A stretch of DNA of 49,157 nt. It comes from a virus. Every line of letters begins with the position of its first letter. The stretch's first letter is position 1. The notes beneath the pieces are model-generated. The model saw only the letters and a list, made by a program, of their open reading frames with translations, was not told the origin of the DNA and searched no databases. The DNA lies in the IMG/VR virus record IMGVR_UViG_3300048910_000190, positions 1-49,157 of that record; one strand, written 5' to 3'. Positions 33,803 to 42,600 of this stretch are shown in pieces. The position numbers were made by a program, and so were the translations under genes.

Positions 33803-34263
33803 CACCCACCACCCTCGTCCCACGCGTCGTTGATGATCAGCGGCAGCGTGATCGTGAACACCCGGAACATCGTCTGGTCCTGCGTCAGATAGCCCGCCTT
33901 CGCGGCCAACATCACACCCGACGCCCCGAACAGGTCGACCTCACGGACCAGGCCGCCGAGGGTGAAGTCCCCCGCGTACGCCGCCATGAGGGCACTGACC
34001 GCGCTGAGCATGGTCGGGTCGATCGCATCCTGCGGCTCCTGCAGCATCGACGTGTACAGCCGCACGTTCAGGACAAGCAGCGCGGAGGCCGAGGCGAGCC
34101 CCGACGACTGCACAGGCTGGATCGTGTCCGCCCAGACGGCCGCCGAGACGCCCCGGCTTGTCGGCCGGTTCTTCGGCTCGTGCCCGTTCACGGCCTCGAA
34201 CCATCCGGACGCGGCGGCGTGCGACTGCACAGCGTCGACAATGCCCTGCACGTCGAAGGGCAT
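33802..34263 (-). CDS. putative tail terminator/completion protein
   Basis: Position; DFTLGGLV motif. Confidence 0.65.
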   Translation of the reverse strand: MPFDVQGIVDAVQSHAAASGWFEAVNGHEPKNRPTSRGVSAAVWADTIQPVQSSGLASASALLVLNVRLYTSMLQEPQDAIDPTMLSAVSALMAAYAGDFTLGGLVREVDLFGASGVMLAAKAGYLTQDQTMFRVFTITLPLIINDAWDEGGG

Positions 34264-34640
34264 CAGAGCCTCCCGGCGAGGGATGCAAGGATCGCGGCGA
34301 ACGTGCGGTCAGCGCGGGCCTCCACCCGCTTGGCGACCCGGCGGAACGTGCCGTAGCCCTTGAAGCGGGTAGTCTGGTTGCGCTCGGAGATGCCCTCGAG
34401 CCATGGCCCGTAGACCACGCCGCCATCGGTGATGACGAAGCTGTCCGGCGACACCTGGTCCACCCTGACCTGCGACTCGTAGTAGCCCGTCGGGTTGCGA
34501 AGCACCTGCCCCAGCACCCGGTGCACCTCGGCGTCAGCCCAGCGGGCGACCTCCTCGCCGCCTTCCTGCGTGTAGCGCTGCACAAGCGGGCTCGCGGTGC
34601 CGTCGAACAGCGGCCCACTCGCCCTGGCCGTGATCTCCAT
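34263..34640 (-). CDS. neck/tail-completion protein (HK97 gp10-like)
   Basis: PTGYY...VVYGPWLEG...FKGY; position. Confidence 0.6.
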   Translation of the reverse strand: MEITARASGPLFDGTASPLVQRYTQEGGEEVARWADAEVHRVLGQVLRNPTGYYESQVRVDQVSPDSFVITDGGVVYGPWLEGISERNQTTRFKGYGTFRRVAKRVEARADRTFAAILASLAGRL

Positions 34641-36031
34641 CAGACCGCCCTCGTTCGCGCCTTGCGGCCATGCGATGCGTACACCTGGTCGCGAAGGTCA
34701 GCGATCCCCACGCCCGGCGCGGAGCGCACCGCCTGGCCGCCGCCAACCGTCCGCGACTGCGAGCCGACACCTGTCTGCGCCGCGTAGCCGCTGGATGCCC
34801 GCAGCTCCGTCACGATGGCCTCCGCCGTTGCCAGTTGCCGGACCGGCCCGGGCACCTGCCACGCCACGATCTGCGCACCCTGGGCGATCGCCGCCGCTGT
34901 CGTCCCAAGCGCGCCCCGGGTGACCGTCAACAGCCGTGGCGCGTAGATGGGCGCCCCGGTGGTGTGCGCCGCGAGCGTCGACCCGTCCCATGCCCGCTTC
35001 ACGGTCGCCTGGTTCCCCGCGATGTCGATGACCAGCATCCGCTCGGCGTCGACCAGCAGCGTTTCCCCGACGACGAGCTGCGTGCCGTCGGGCACGTGCA
35101 TCGTCTCCGAGTTCTTGGCGGTCGACAGGTCGGCGGACAGCGTCTGCCCCGTGGCCCGCATGGCCTTCTCCGTGACGATCAGCCGCTCGGAGCCGATCCG
35201 CAGGAGCTGCCCCACGCCGATGGTCCCGGAGTCCGAGACTGCCAGGGTGGTGGCCGTATCGGTGGCCGCCGCGGCGACCTGGCCGGCGGGGCGCTCGTTG
35301 TTCTGGTAGCCCCACAGGCCCCAAACCGCGATGTTCCGCTGAGGTGTCTGGCCGCCGCCGAACGCGCTGTTGGTGTCCAGTCGCAGCTCGATACGCCGGT
35401 ACGGGGGCCCGGTGCGGTTCGGCTCCAAGTTCACGTTGGCGTTGGGGATCGCCACGCCGCCGGCGGTCAGCGAGTACAGCTCGATGAGCTCGGACGCGTC
35501 GAGCCACAACCGCCAGCTCCTGGCGTACTGGTCGGGCCAGTCGAAGTACCGGGTCGCCAGCAGCGGATAGAAGGTGCGGTTGAGGAGCCCCTCGACGGTT
35601 CGCGTGGCTGCCGCGATCGCACGGTCCACCTCGGCGTTGGACCGGGCGGTCTCCTTGATGTCCAGGGCGCCCTTCACGTCCTCCCGGGTGCAGTACCAGA
35701 CCCCCTCGGTGTTCACGGCGGCCTGCTGGGTGCCTGCCGCGGTGACGGTGATGGTCTCCGCCGCGGTCACGGGGGCGCTGGCCTTGGTGCCTGTCCAGGT
35801 GGCGAGGTACTCGCCTGCCGTCAGGCTGGTGGCGGGGGTCCAGGTGTAGCCGTAGGAGCCCGTGCCGGGGTGGGTGACGCCCGTGGTGGTGGTGCCGAGC
35901 GCGGGGGTGCCGGTGCCAATGTTGACGATGGTGATGCTCGGGGTGGCATCCAGGTCGGTGAGGGAGCCGCCCTCGAAGTCGTACCACTGGGAGAGCAGAG
36001 TGACGCTCTGGCCTGCGATGACGTCGGTCAT
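34640..36031 (-). CDS. head-tail connector protein with N-terminal Ig-like domain
   Basis: N-terminal GSYGYTW...GEYLATW beta-sandwich; YCTREDVKGAL...AIAAATRTVE connector motif. Confidence 0.7.
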   Translation of the reverse strand: MTDVIAGQSVTLLSQWYDFEGGSLTDLDATPSITIVNIGTGTPALGTTTTGVTHPGTGSYGYTWTPATSLTAGEYLATWTGTKASAPVTAAETITVTAAGTQQAAVNTEGVWYCTREDVKGALDIKETARSNAEVDRAIAAATRTVEGLLNRTFYPLLATRYFDWPDQYARSWRLWLDASELIELYSLTAGGVAIPNANVNLEPNRTGPPYRRIELRLDTNSAFGGGQTPQRNIAVWGLWGYQNNERPAGQVAAAATDTATTLAVSDSGTIGVGQLLRIGSERLIVTEKAMRATGQTLSADLSTAKNSETMHVPDGTQLVVGETLLVDAERMLVIDIAGNQATVKRAWDGSTLAAHTTGAPIYAPRLLTVTRGALGTTAAAIAQGAQIVAWQVPGPVRQLATAEAIVTELRASSGYAAQTGVGSQSRTVGGGQAVRSAPGVGIADLRDQVYASHGRKARTRAV

Positions 36032-36040
36032 GGTGCCTCC

Positions 36041-38929
36041 CTAGCTGAGGGCCGCCCACCAGGCGTTGGATGCGCCTGAGAGGGTGCCGAGGGTGGAGGG
36101 CATGGCGGTGGTGAGGCCGCCGTCGGCGGTGCCGTAGCGGGAAGTGCTGGCGCTGAGCCCGGCGTTGACCACGGACTGGCTGACGCCGCGGAGCATCGTG
36201 GGCAGCGTGCTCCCGTTGGCGTAGAACGCCACGAGGTAGTCGCCGGCCGCGAGAGCCTGAGCCCCGCCTGCGAGGGCCATGGTCTTCGTGCCGGTGGACT
36301 GCCAGTTGGTGGCTTGGTCGGCGGTGGCGGCGATCAGGGCCTTGGAGGCGTTGTATAGGGCGGCGAAGCACTGGCCACTGGTCAAGCTGGTACCTGCTGC
36401 TGAGATGAACAGCAGGATGTTGGTGATGGTCTTCGCCTCGGACAGGTGGATCCGGGCGAACTGCACCTGCCCGGCAGTCGGGATGATCTGGCCAGCCGCG
36501 CAGGTCGCCGGGTCCTGGGTCCAGGTGATCAGGTTGTGGTCCTCGGGGGCCCAGTGGGCCCGAGGGTGGACGTGGTCAGACGCGGAGGCGAGGATACTTC
36601 CGCCTGCGGCGCCGATCGCCCCGAGCTTCTTCGGGATGCTGGAGTTGTCCACTGCGGCGCCGCTGCTCGCAGACGTGAGGGCGTAGCGCATCAGCTCGCC
36701 CATGGTGAGGACGGGGATGCCGCGCGAGGCGATGCCGTCGATGATGGTGTTGAAGTCGGACTGCAGGATCTGGCTGGAGTCGGCAGGCGAGCTGGCCACG
36801 ATCTGGTGGAAGTTCAGGCAGAGCACACCGCCAGCTGCCTTGATCTTGTCGAGGTCGCCGCCGCTGTTGGTGATGTTCGTCGGCGCGTAACCGCCGGAGA
36901 AGCTGCTGATCGCGCTGATCCGGCGCACTCGGAACGGGTCGCTGGGCGGGAAGACCTCGCGGGTCTTGTTCACCGTGGTGGCCACGGTGTTGAAGTACTT
37001 CTGCAAGATCGGGATTAGCGAAGCGCCGTCCGTCGTCTTGGCGGTCGACCCCTTCGGCAGGGCGAACAGGTCCGCACCACGCCAGCCGTTGGCCACGGCG
37101 TAGGACTTCATCGCGCGGGCGTCCGCATCGACCTGAGCCGCCGTCACGCCGCTGTACGTCAGGCCGTGCACCGTGTCCGAGGAGGCATGGCACGCCAGCT
37201 CCCAGCCGCTGGTGGCCTGGAGATCCTGGAGCTCCTGGAGGGTCATGCGGCCGGAGAGCCCGACACGGTCCACGATCACGTACTCGGTGACCGGGTAGCC
37301 GTAGAGGTCGAGGCGGCTTTTGCCCAGGTCAACGAAGCTCTGGTAGCAGTCGTCGGCGGACAGGACCACGACGCCGTTGGGGAACACCGCACTGCCGTCC
37401 GCGACCAGCTCAGCCGCCTGGAGGCGCACCGTCAGCGCAGCCGTGCCGGTGTCCCGAACACGGAACCGCAACGCCGTTAGGCCCGTACGGGCCCCAGCGC
37501 CGAGCGCGGTCGCGTCCGCAAAGCCCAGGCTCATCAGCACCCAGTCGCCCGAGGTCAGGTAGGTGCTCGTGCCCGTAGTGCCCTGCGGGTTCCACGTCCA
37601 CCCGTTGGCGAAGGTGTTGTCGACGGCGAGCTGCACGTCCAAGGACCGCAGCAGGGTGATGTCCTCGACCCTCACCAGGATCCGCAGCAGCCGGGCGGTG
37701 GAGTCCACCGTGCTGATCGTCCCCGTGACGTTGTAGGTGACACCGTCCCCCGGGGTGACGATCTGCGCGCACTGGGTGCCGCGCACGTACGCCGAGGTGT
37801 CGTTCGCGGTGAACGTGGCCCCGGAGGCGGTGAACCCGTGGCCCGACTGGAAGTCCGTGAGGGCCACCGCTGGCTGCGAGAACCGCGGCAGCCGGAACGA
37901 TGGCGGGTAGATCGCCGACGTGCCCGAGGAGCTGATCGCCGTCAGCAGGATGCTCATCGGGTAGTTCGAGGAGGCGTAGACGGTGCCGGTGCCAGTGCCC
38001 TTGGTGACCAGGGCGATCGTGACCACGCCGCCGGAGATGTGGCCGGCCGCGACGGTGAACTGCCACTGCCCGGTGACGCCGGGGAAGCTCGCGGACTGCG
38101 GGTAGTAGGAGGGCAGGCCCTCGGTGGCGGGCGTCGTGGTCCCGGACGAGGCGTACAGGTTGGGGACGCCCGCGCTGTCGAGGAGCGCGAGGTCGAGGAA
38201 CTGGTTGCTGGCGCTCCTCATGAACGCTGCGGTGACGATCACCTTGTCGCCGATGGACGCGGCGATCTGTGCCTGGAGCGGCACGGTGCCGCCGCTCTTG
38301 ACGATCTGCCAGGTGCCGGAGGTGTTGGGCAGCGCGACGTCGCCGGGTGTCAGGTAGGTCTCGGTTGTGGCGATGGCCGTCGCGGTGCCGCTTCCTCCGC
38401 TTCCCCCGGTGGCGGCGGCCCACTTCACTCCGGCGGTCTGGGTGGAGTCCGCGGTGAGGACGTAGCCGTCCGCGCCGACCGCGACCCGGGCCGGGGAGGA
38501 AGGCCCGGTGGCGGCGAGGATGTCGCCCTTGGTGGTCCAGGTGGCGAGCGAAGCCGCGTTGATCGAGCCCGGGGTGATCGGGTCGGTTCCGCCGCTGGCG
38601 TGGCTGCTGGCGTGGGCGGTGGGGGTGCGGGCGTCGGACAGGCGCGAGTCGTTGCCCTGGGCGGCGGTCCCGGCGCCACTGCCGTACGCCACGGCGAGGG
38701 TCCGGTCCGCCGCGAGGGTGCCGCCACCGGTCAGCCCGGTCCCGGCCAGGATCTGCATGGCCGCAGAGGCCCGGGTGGCGGTCTGCGCGTCGACGTAGCC
38801 CTTGCTGGCCGCGTTGAGGGGGGCGTCCGGGGAGGAGTCGGGCAGGGTGAGTTCGCCAGTCATGGTGTCGCCCGACTTGCTGACCTTGCGGGTGTCGCCG
38901 GTCGTGCTGACGTAGCCGGTGGCAGTCAC
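36041..38929 (-). CDS. large fibre-like structural protein with polysaccharide deacetylase (CE4/NodB) domain
   Basis: GTG 38929 after GGAGG; fibre modules (AGTGLTGGG, HASSH, TTKGDIL, DHVHP); CE4-like LSADD...WELACH...H...LPKG...LNFH. Confidence 0.75.
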   Translation of the reverse strand: MTATGYVSTTGDTRKVSKSGDTMTGELTLPDSSPDAPLNAASKGYVDAQTATRASAAMQILAGTGLTGGGTLAADRTLAVAYGSGAGTAAQGNDSRLSDARTPTAHASSHASGGTDPITPGSINAASLATWTTKGDILAATGPSSPARVAVGADGYVLTADSTQTAGVKWAAATGGSGGSGTATAIATTETYLTPGDVALPNTSGTWQIVKSGGTVPLQAQIAASIGDKVIVTAAFMRSASNQFLDLALLDSAGVPNLYASSGTTTPATEGLPSYYPQSASFPGVTGQWQFTVAAGHISGGVVTIALVTKGTGTGTVYASSNYPMSILLTAISSSGTSAIYPPSFRLPRFSQPAVALTDFQSGHGFTASGATFTANDTSAYVRGTQCAQIVTPGDGVTYNVTGTISTVDSTARLLRILVRVEDITLLRSLDVQLAVDNTFANGWTWNPQGTTGTSTYLTSGDWVLMSLGFADATALGAGARTGLTALRFRVRDTGTAALTVRLQAAELVADGSAVFPNGVVVLSADDCYQSFVDLGKSRLDLYGYPVTEYVIVDRVGLSGRMTLQELQDLQATSGWELACHASSDTVHGLTYSGVTAAQVDADARAMKSYAVANGWRGADLFALPKGSTAKTTDGASLIPILQKYFNTVATTVNKTREVFPPSDPFRVRRISAISSFSGGYAPTNITNSGGDLDKIKAAGGVLCLNFHQIVASSPADSSQILQSDFNTIIDGIASRGIPVLTMGELMRYALTSASSGAAVDNSSIPKKLGAIGAAGGSILASASDHVHPRAHWAPEDHNLITWTQDPATCAAGQIIPTAGQVQFARIHLSEAKTITNILLFISAAGTSLTSGQCFAALYNASKALIAATADQATNWQSTGTKTMALAGGAQALAAGDYLVAFYANGSTLPTMLRGVSQSVVNAGLSASTSRYGTADGGLTTAMPSTLGTLSGASNAWWAALS

Positions 38930-38943
38930 CGTGCCTCCCTCCT

Positions 38944-39126
38944 CTACTGGTTGCTGATGTAGGTGCCGTCGGGGCGCCAGCCGTCCCAGCGGCAGTAGAG
39001 CTGGCCGTCTGGGCCGGTCAGGAGGGGCTCTCCGTCGTTCGGGCACGCGATCGGGCCCCGCTGGCGCTCGTCTTGGGCGAGCTGCTGCCCTTCGAGGAGG
39101 ATGTCTCGGAGCTGCTGCCAGGAGAT
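38944..39126 (-). CDS. small Cys-containing protein, apparent ATC start
   Basis: GAGGAGGAG-CC-ATC; (I)SWQQLRDILLEGQQLAQDERQRGPIACPNDGEPL...YCRWDG; overlaps 39018..39323. Confidence 0.5.
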   Translation of the reverse strand: MSWQQLRDILLEGQQLAQDERQRGPIACPNDGEPLLTGPDGQLYCRWDGWRPDGTYISNQ

Positions 39127-39323
39127 GGCTCCTCCTCGGGGGCGTCGAGCTGGGTGGTGTCGGGCTCGGGTTCGGGTTCGTCGGTGGCGTTGGTGGCGCC
39201 GCCGTGGACGCTGATCTTCGGCATCGGGTGGTCCTCCAGGTAGGCGGTCGAGCCGCAGTTGGGGCATGCGGGCTGCCCCACCGCGTAGGCGGCGGAGCAG
39301 TCCGTGCACAGCCACAGGGCCAC
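39018..39323 (-). CDS. Zn-ribbon protein with acidic/Ser-rich tail
   Basis: GTG 39323; CTDC...CPNC. Confidence 0.65.
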   Translation of the reverse strand: MALWLCTDCSAAYAVGQPACPNCGSTAYLEDHPMPKISVHGGATNATDEPEPEPDTTQLDAPEEEPSPGSSSETSSSKGSSSPKTSASGARSRARTTESPS

Positions 39324-39325
39324 CG

Positions 39326-39787
39326 TCAGGCCGCCGTCACCGCAGCACCGTCGTCCAGCGGCGCGTACGTGAGCAGCCACGTGATGTTGCCGTCCGGGCT
39401 GGTGCCGGTGGTGACCTGCTCGATCGTGCCGACGGCCACGGCGATCGGCTGCTTGAGTGTCGGCACCGCCCCTACGCCGAAGACGATCGAGTCGGTCTTG
39501 AGGCCCTGGAAGCTCAGCAGGTCACCGGCAGGGGTGTCGGTGGTGCCGAGGTCGGTTGCGGCGCACAGGTCGCCGGTAGCGCCGACGGTCGGGTTGGCCT
39601 GCAGCTTCACGGTGTTGGCGACGGTCATCGTGGTGGTCACCACGCCGATGAGCGACGTGATCAGCACCTTGCCGCCGGTCACGTTGAACAGGGTGTGCGT
39701 CTCGGTGACGAGCGCGTAGTCGGTGGCCTGTACGCGGCTGCCGAGCAGGATCGTCCGCAGCTGGTTGGTGGGGATGACGACGGTCAT
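39326..39787 (-). CDS. putative capsid decoration/structural protein
   Basis: Thr/Val-rich beta protein in the head module. Confidence 0.65.
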   Translation of the reverse strand: MTVVIPTNQLRTILLGSRVQATDYALVTETHTLFNVTGGKVLITSLIGVVTTTMTVANTVKLQANPTVGATGDLCAATDLGTTDTPAGDLLSFQGLKTDSIVFGVGAVPTLKQPIAVAVGTIEQVTTGTSPDGNITWLLTYAPLDDGAAVTAA

Positions 39788-39788
39788 G

Positions 39789-40226
39789 TCAGACCCCCAT
39801 CGCGGGCAGGTTGGCGGGGGTGCGCTGGGTCATCAGGTCGCGGGTGACCGCGTTGACCGTCCCGGCGCCGGTGGAGGTGAGCTTCACGAACTTGTAGGTG
39901 TCCGAGAGGCTGGTGCCCTCGACCTCGCACACCATGGCGTTCTGCGTGGCGGCGGCGGCGGTGACGACGGTCGCGGCGGCGGCCTGCGTGCGCCGGGTCC
40001 ACGCGTCGGAACCGTCGCCGGTGCTGGTGTGGTACTCGGTGATGTTCACCAGGTTCTGGGCGCCGGTGCCGGAGGAGTCCTTGGCCTCCTGCAGCGTGTA
40101 GGTGTCGCCTGCCGCGCCGGCGAGGTAGCAGATGAACGTCACTCCTGCAGCACCCTGCAGGTTGATCCACTTGCCGTCGGCGGCAGGCGTGCTGTTGATG
40201 AGGCGCCCGAGGGCCTTCTGGGACAT
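39789..40226 (-). CDS. putative capsid decoration protein
   Basis: AGGAAGG RBS, ATG 40226; directly after the capsid gene. Confidence 0.65.
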   Translation of the reverse strand: MSQKALGRLINSTPAADGKWINLQGAAGVTFICYLAGAAGDTYTLQEAKDSSGTGAQNLVNITEYHTSTGDGSDAWTRRTQAAAATVVTAAAATQNAMVCEVEGTSLSDTYKFVKLTSTGAGTVNAVTRDLMTQRTPANLPAMGV

Positions 40227-40283
40227 GGTGTTGCCTTCCTGGTGGGTGCCGGTCCGGGGCGGCGCTGCCGGTCCGGGTGGTGC

Positions 40284-40313
40284 CCGGCGCGGGGGGTTGA
40301 TTGCCCGCGCCGG
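40284..40313. terminator. stem-loop after the major capsid gene
   Basis: CCGGCGCGGG...CCCGCGCCGG, 10-bp stem. Confidence 0.55.
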
Positions 40314-40321
40314 TCGGGGGG

Positions 40322-41710
40322 TTAGCGGGCCGCGAGCTCCACGAACGGTGACAAGGTGCTGCCGCCGTTCTTCGGGGTGATCGCGGACTTGAGCCACGGG
40401 CGGCCGTCGACGCGCTGGATGATCCTGAACGTGGTCTTGTCGGAGCCGAAGTTGAAGTCGGTGGAGCTGTCGGCGGTCATGGTCTGCCGGTCGCCGACCA
40501 GGTAGTACGACAGGTCCACGAAGGAGATGTCGCCCTGGGAGCCCAGCGCGCCGGCCTTCTCGGAGATGATGAGCGGGCGGCCGAAGATGGTCATCGGGGC
40601 CGAGCCGACGGCCGAGTTGATGAACACGGGGCCACCGCCGACGCCCACCGCGAGGGCCATGGTGAACAGCTCGGGCAGCGCGTCCGGCGAGCAGATCCAC
40701 ACGGCCTTCGAGAGGCTGGAGGGCAGCATGCGGGCGTACATGCTGACGATGTTCTTGTAGGTGATGGTGGCACTGGGCTGACCGGACTCCGCCGCGACGG
40801 CGATCATCGCGGAGTTGGCCGCGCCCATGAACCCGAGGGGCTCGCCCACGCCGGAGCCGGACATGAACGCGGCGTCCTCGGAGAACGCGAGCGCCTTGGG
40901 CCAGAGGTTCTCGATCAGTGCCGAGAAGCTGACGATGGAGTCCTGAAGGAGCTCGTTCGGGACCGCCGACAGGCCGGTGAGCTTCTTGGCGTCGAGCTCG
41001 GCCCGACCGAACTTCGGGTTGGAGTCGGTGAGGTTGGCGCCCTCCTCGCCCCAGTAAGCGATCATCCCACCGAAGACGCTGGACTGGTTCGACGTCGAGT
41101 CGATCATCGGGAACGGCACGCGGGCGCTGTCCATCGGCACGACCGTCGCCAGCGGCCGGACCACCGACTCCTCCAGCGCGATCTGCAGCAGCTGGCTGCG
41201 GAGGTTCTCCGGCACCAGGAAGCCACCGTCGGACGGCGAGACGCTCGACGCCGCGTTCCGCAGCACGCCGAGCTTCTCCGCGACGCTGGCCTCGGGCGTC
41301 TTGTGCCAGATCGTGCGCACGTAGTCGATGTGGTCCTCGAAGTGCTGGTCGAGGATTGCGCCGGCCGCGTGCGGGTTGTGGGCGGTGCCCTGCCGGTGAG
41401 AGGTGAGCATCGACCCGGAGCGCTTGGCCTGCGGGTCGAAGGACGGCCGGCGGATGGCCTCCTTGTCGGCCTTCTGGCCGTTCTCGCGGAGCATGTTGGC
41501 GAGCTGACGCTGGGTCTCCTCCGCAACGATGCGGTTGAGCTCGGTGCCGTCGCCCTGCTGCTTGTCGGCGTACGCGTTGATGAACGCCCCGAGGACCTCC
41601 TTCGAGCCCAGGACGTCCTTGAGCCGGCCGGGGTCGGCGAGCATCTCGGCGAGCTCGGCGGCGTTGGCCGGGATGGGGGTGCCCGTCGGGAGGGCGGTGG
41701 TGGTGGTCAC
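40322..41710 (-). CDS. major capsid protein (HK97 fold)
   Basis: GGFLVP, AYWGEEG, AKKL...ELLQDS, GSGVGEPLG, IFGRP, RVDG; GTG 41710. Confidence 0.95.
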   Translation of the reverse strand: MTTTTALPTGTPIPANAAELAEMLADPGRLKDVLGSKEVLGAFINAYADKQQGDGTELNRIVAEETQRQLANMLRENGQKADKEAIRRPSFDPQAKRSGSMLTSHRQGTAHNPHAAGAILDQHFEDHIDYVRTIWHKTPEASVAEKLGVLRNAASSVSPSDGGFLVPENLRSQLLQIALEESVVRPLATVVPMDSARVPFPMIDSTSNQSSVFGGMIAYWGEEGANLTDSNPKFGRAELDAKKLTGLSAVPNELLQDSIVSFSALIENLWPKALAFSEDAAFMSGSGVGEPLGFMGAANSAMIAVAAESGQPSATITYKNIVSMYARMLPSSLSKAVWICSPDALPELFTMALAVGVGGGPVFINSAVGSAPMTIFGRPLIISEKAGALGSQGDISFVDLSYYLVGDRQTMTADSSTDFNFGSDKTTFRIIQRVDGRPWLKSAITPKNGGSTLSPFVELAAR

Positions 41711-42585
41711 AGGAGTGCCTCCGTCAGGGTGGCGAACGCGTCGTCGGGTGACGGCGCGGAAGTCAGGTGGCTGGTGGCGTCGGCCCACGGGTCGGCCTCC
41801 GGCGCGGCCGGGGGCTCGACGGCGGGCGCAGGCTCGGCAGCCGCCGGGGTGGTGTCTGCGGCAGGATCAGCGGCTGGCGGCGTCTCGGCCGTCGCCTCGG
41901 TGGCGGCCACGTTCACCGGGGCGGGCGCCTCGGCGCGCGACGCGTACCGGAAGATCGAGAGATCCCACGAGTTTTCCGGCGAATTTCCGCTACTCGGGTT
42001 TCGTGTTGGTGAAACCTCATCAGCCAGCCCAGCCTCGACAGCCTCTTCGGCCGTGTACCAGGTCTCGGCGGTCATCAGAGCGCGCCAGTCCGCGACGGTC
42101 CCGCCAGCGCGCTGGGCGTAGACGTCGGCGATGTTGTCGGACTGCCGGTCGAGGAGGTCGGCCATCTCGCGCATCTCGGCGGCGTTGCCGATGCACAGCC
42201 CACTACCGTCGTGGATCATGAGCTGGCTGTTGGGCGCCATCACGACCCGGTCGCCCGCCATCGCGATCACGGACGCGATGCTCGCGGCGAGGGAGTCGAC
42301 GTACGTGGTGACCGTCGCCCGGTGCGCACGCAGGGCGTTCATGATGGCGATGCCGTCAAAGATCTCGCCGCCAGGCGAGTTAATGTGCACGTCGATCGCG
42401 GAGACGTCCAGGGCAGAGAGCTCCGCGACGAGGTCGGACGCGGTGATGCCCCAGTACCCGATCTCGTCGTAGATGTGCAGCGTCGCCGGGGCGTTGCCGC
42501 CGATGCTGTTGATCAGCCGGTACCAGTCGGTGCGGCCCTGCCTCAGCTGTGCCCGGGGCCGAGCAGTGCGTAGCCTGCCTGGCAT
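41707..42585 (-). CDS. ClpP-like head maturation protease
   Basis: IYDEIG, HINSPGG, LAASIAS, LMIHD, ETWYTAEEAVEAGLAD. Confidence 0.95.
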   Translation of the reverse strand: MPGRLRTARPRAQLRQGRTDWYRLINSIGGNAPATLHIYDEIGYWGITASDLVAELSALDVSAIDVHINSPGGEIFDGIAIMNALRAHRATVTTYVDSLAASIASVIAMAGDRVVMAPNSQLMIHDGSGLCIGNAAEMREMADLLDRQSDNIADVYAQRAGGTVADWRALMTAETWYTAEEAVEAGLADEVSPTRNPSSGNSPENSWDLSIFRYASRAEAPAPVNVAATEATAETPPAADPAADTTPAAAEPAPAVEPPAAPEADPWADATSHLTSAPSPDDAFATLTEALL

Positions 42586-42600
42586 CCAGCCCTCCTCGCC

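Noticed and set aside
34670-36371. Long alternative ORFs (469 aa plus strand, 557 aa minus strand)
   Set aside because: Arg/Gly/Pro-rich off-frame translations overlapping the head-tail connector gene.
24976-38929. Diversity-generating retroelement or invertible tail-fibre cassette
   Set aside because: No reverse transcriptase, invertase or template/variable repeat pair was seen by eye; a self dot-plot would settle it.
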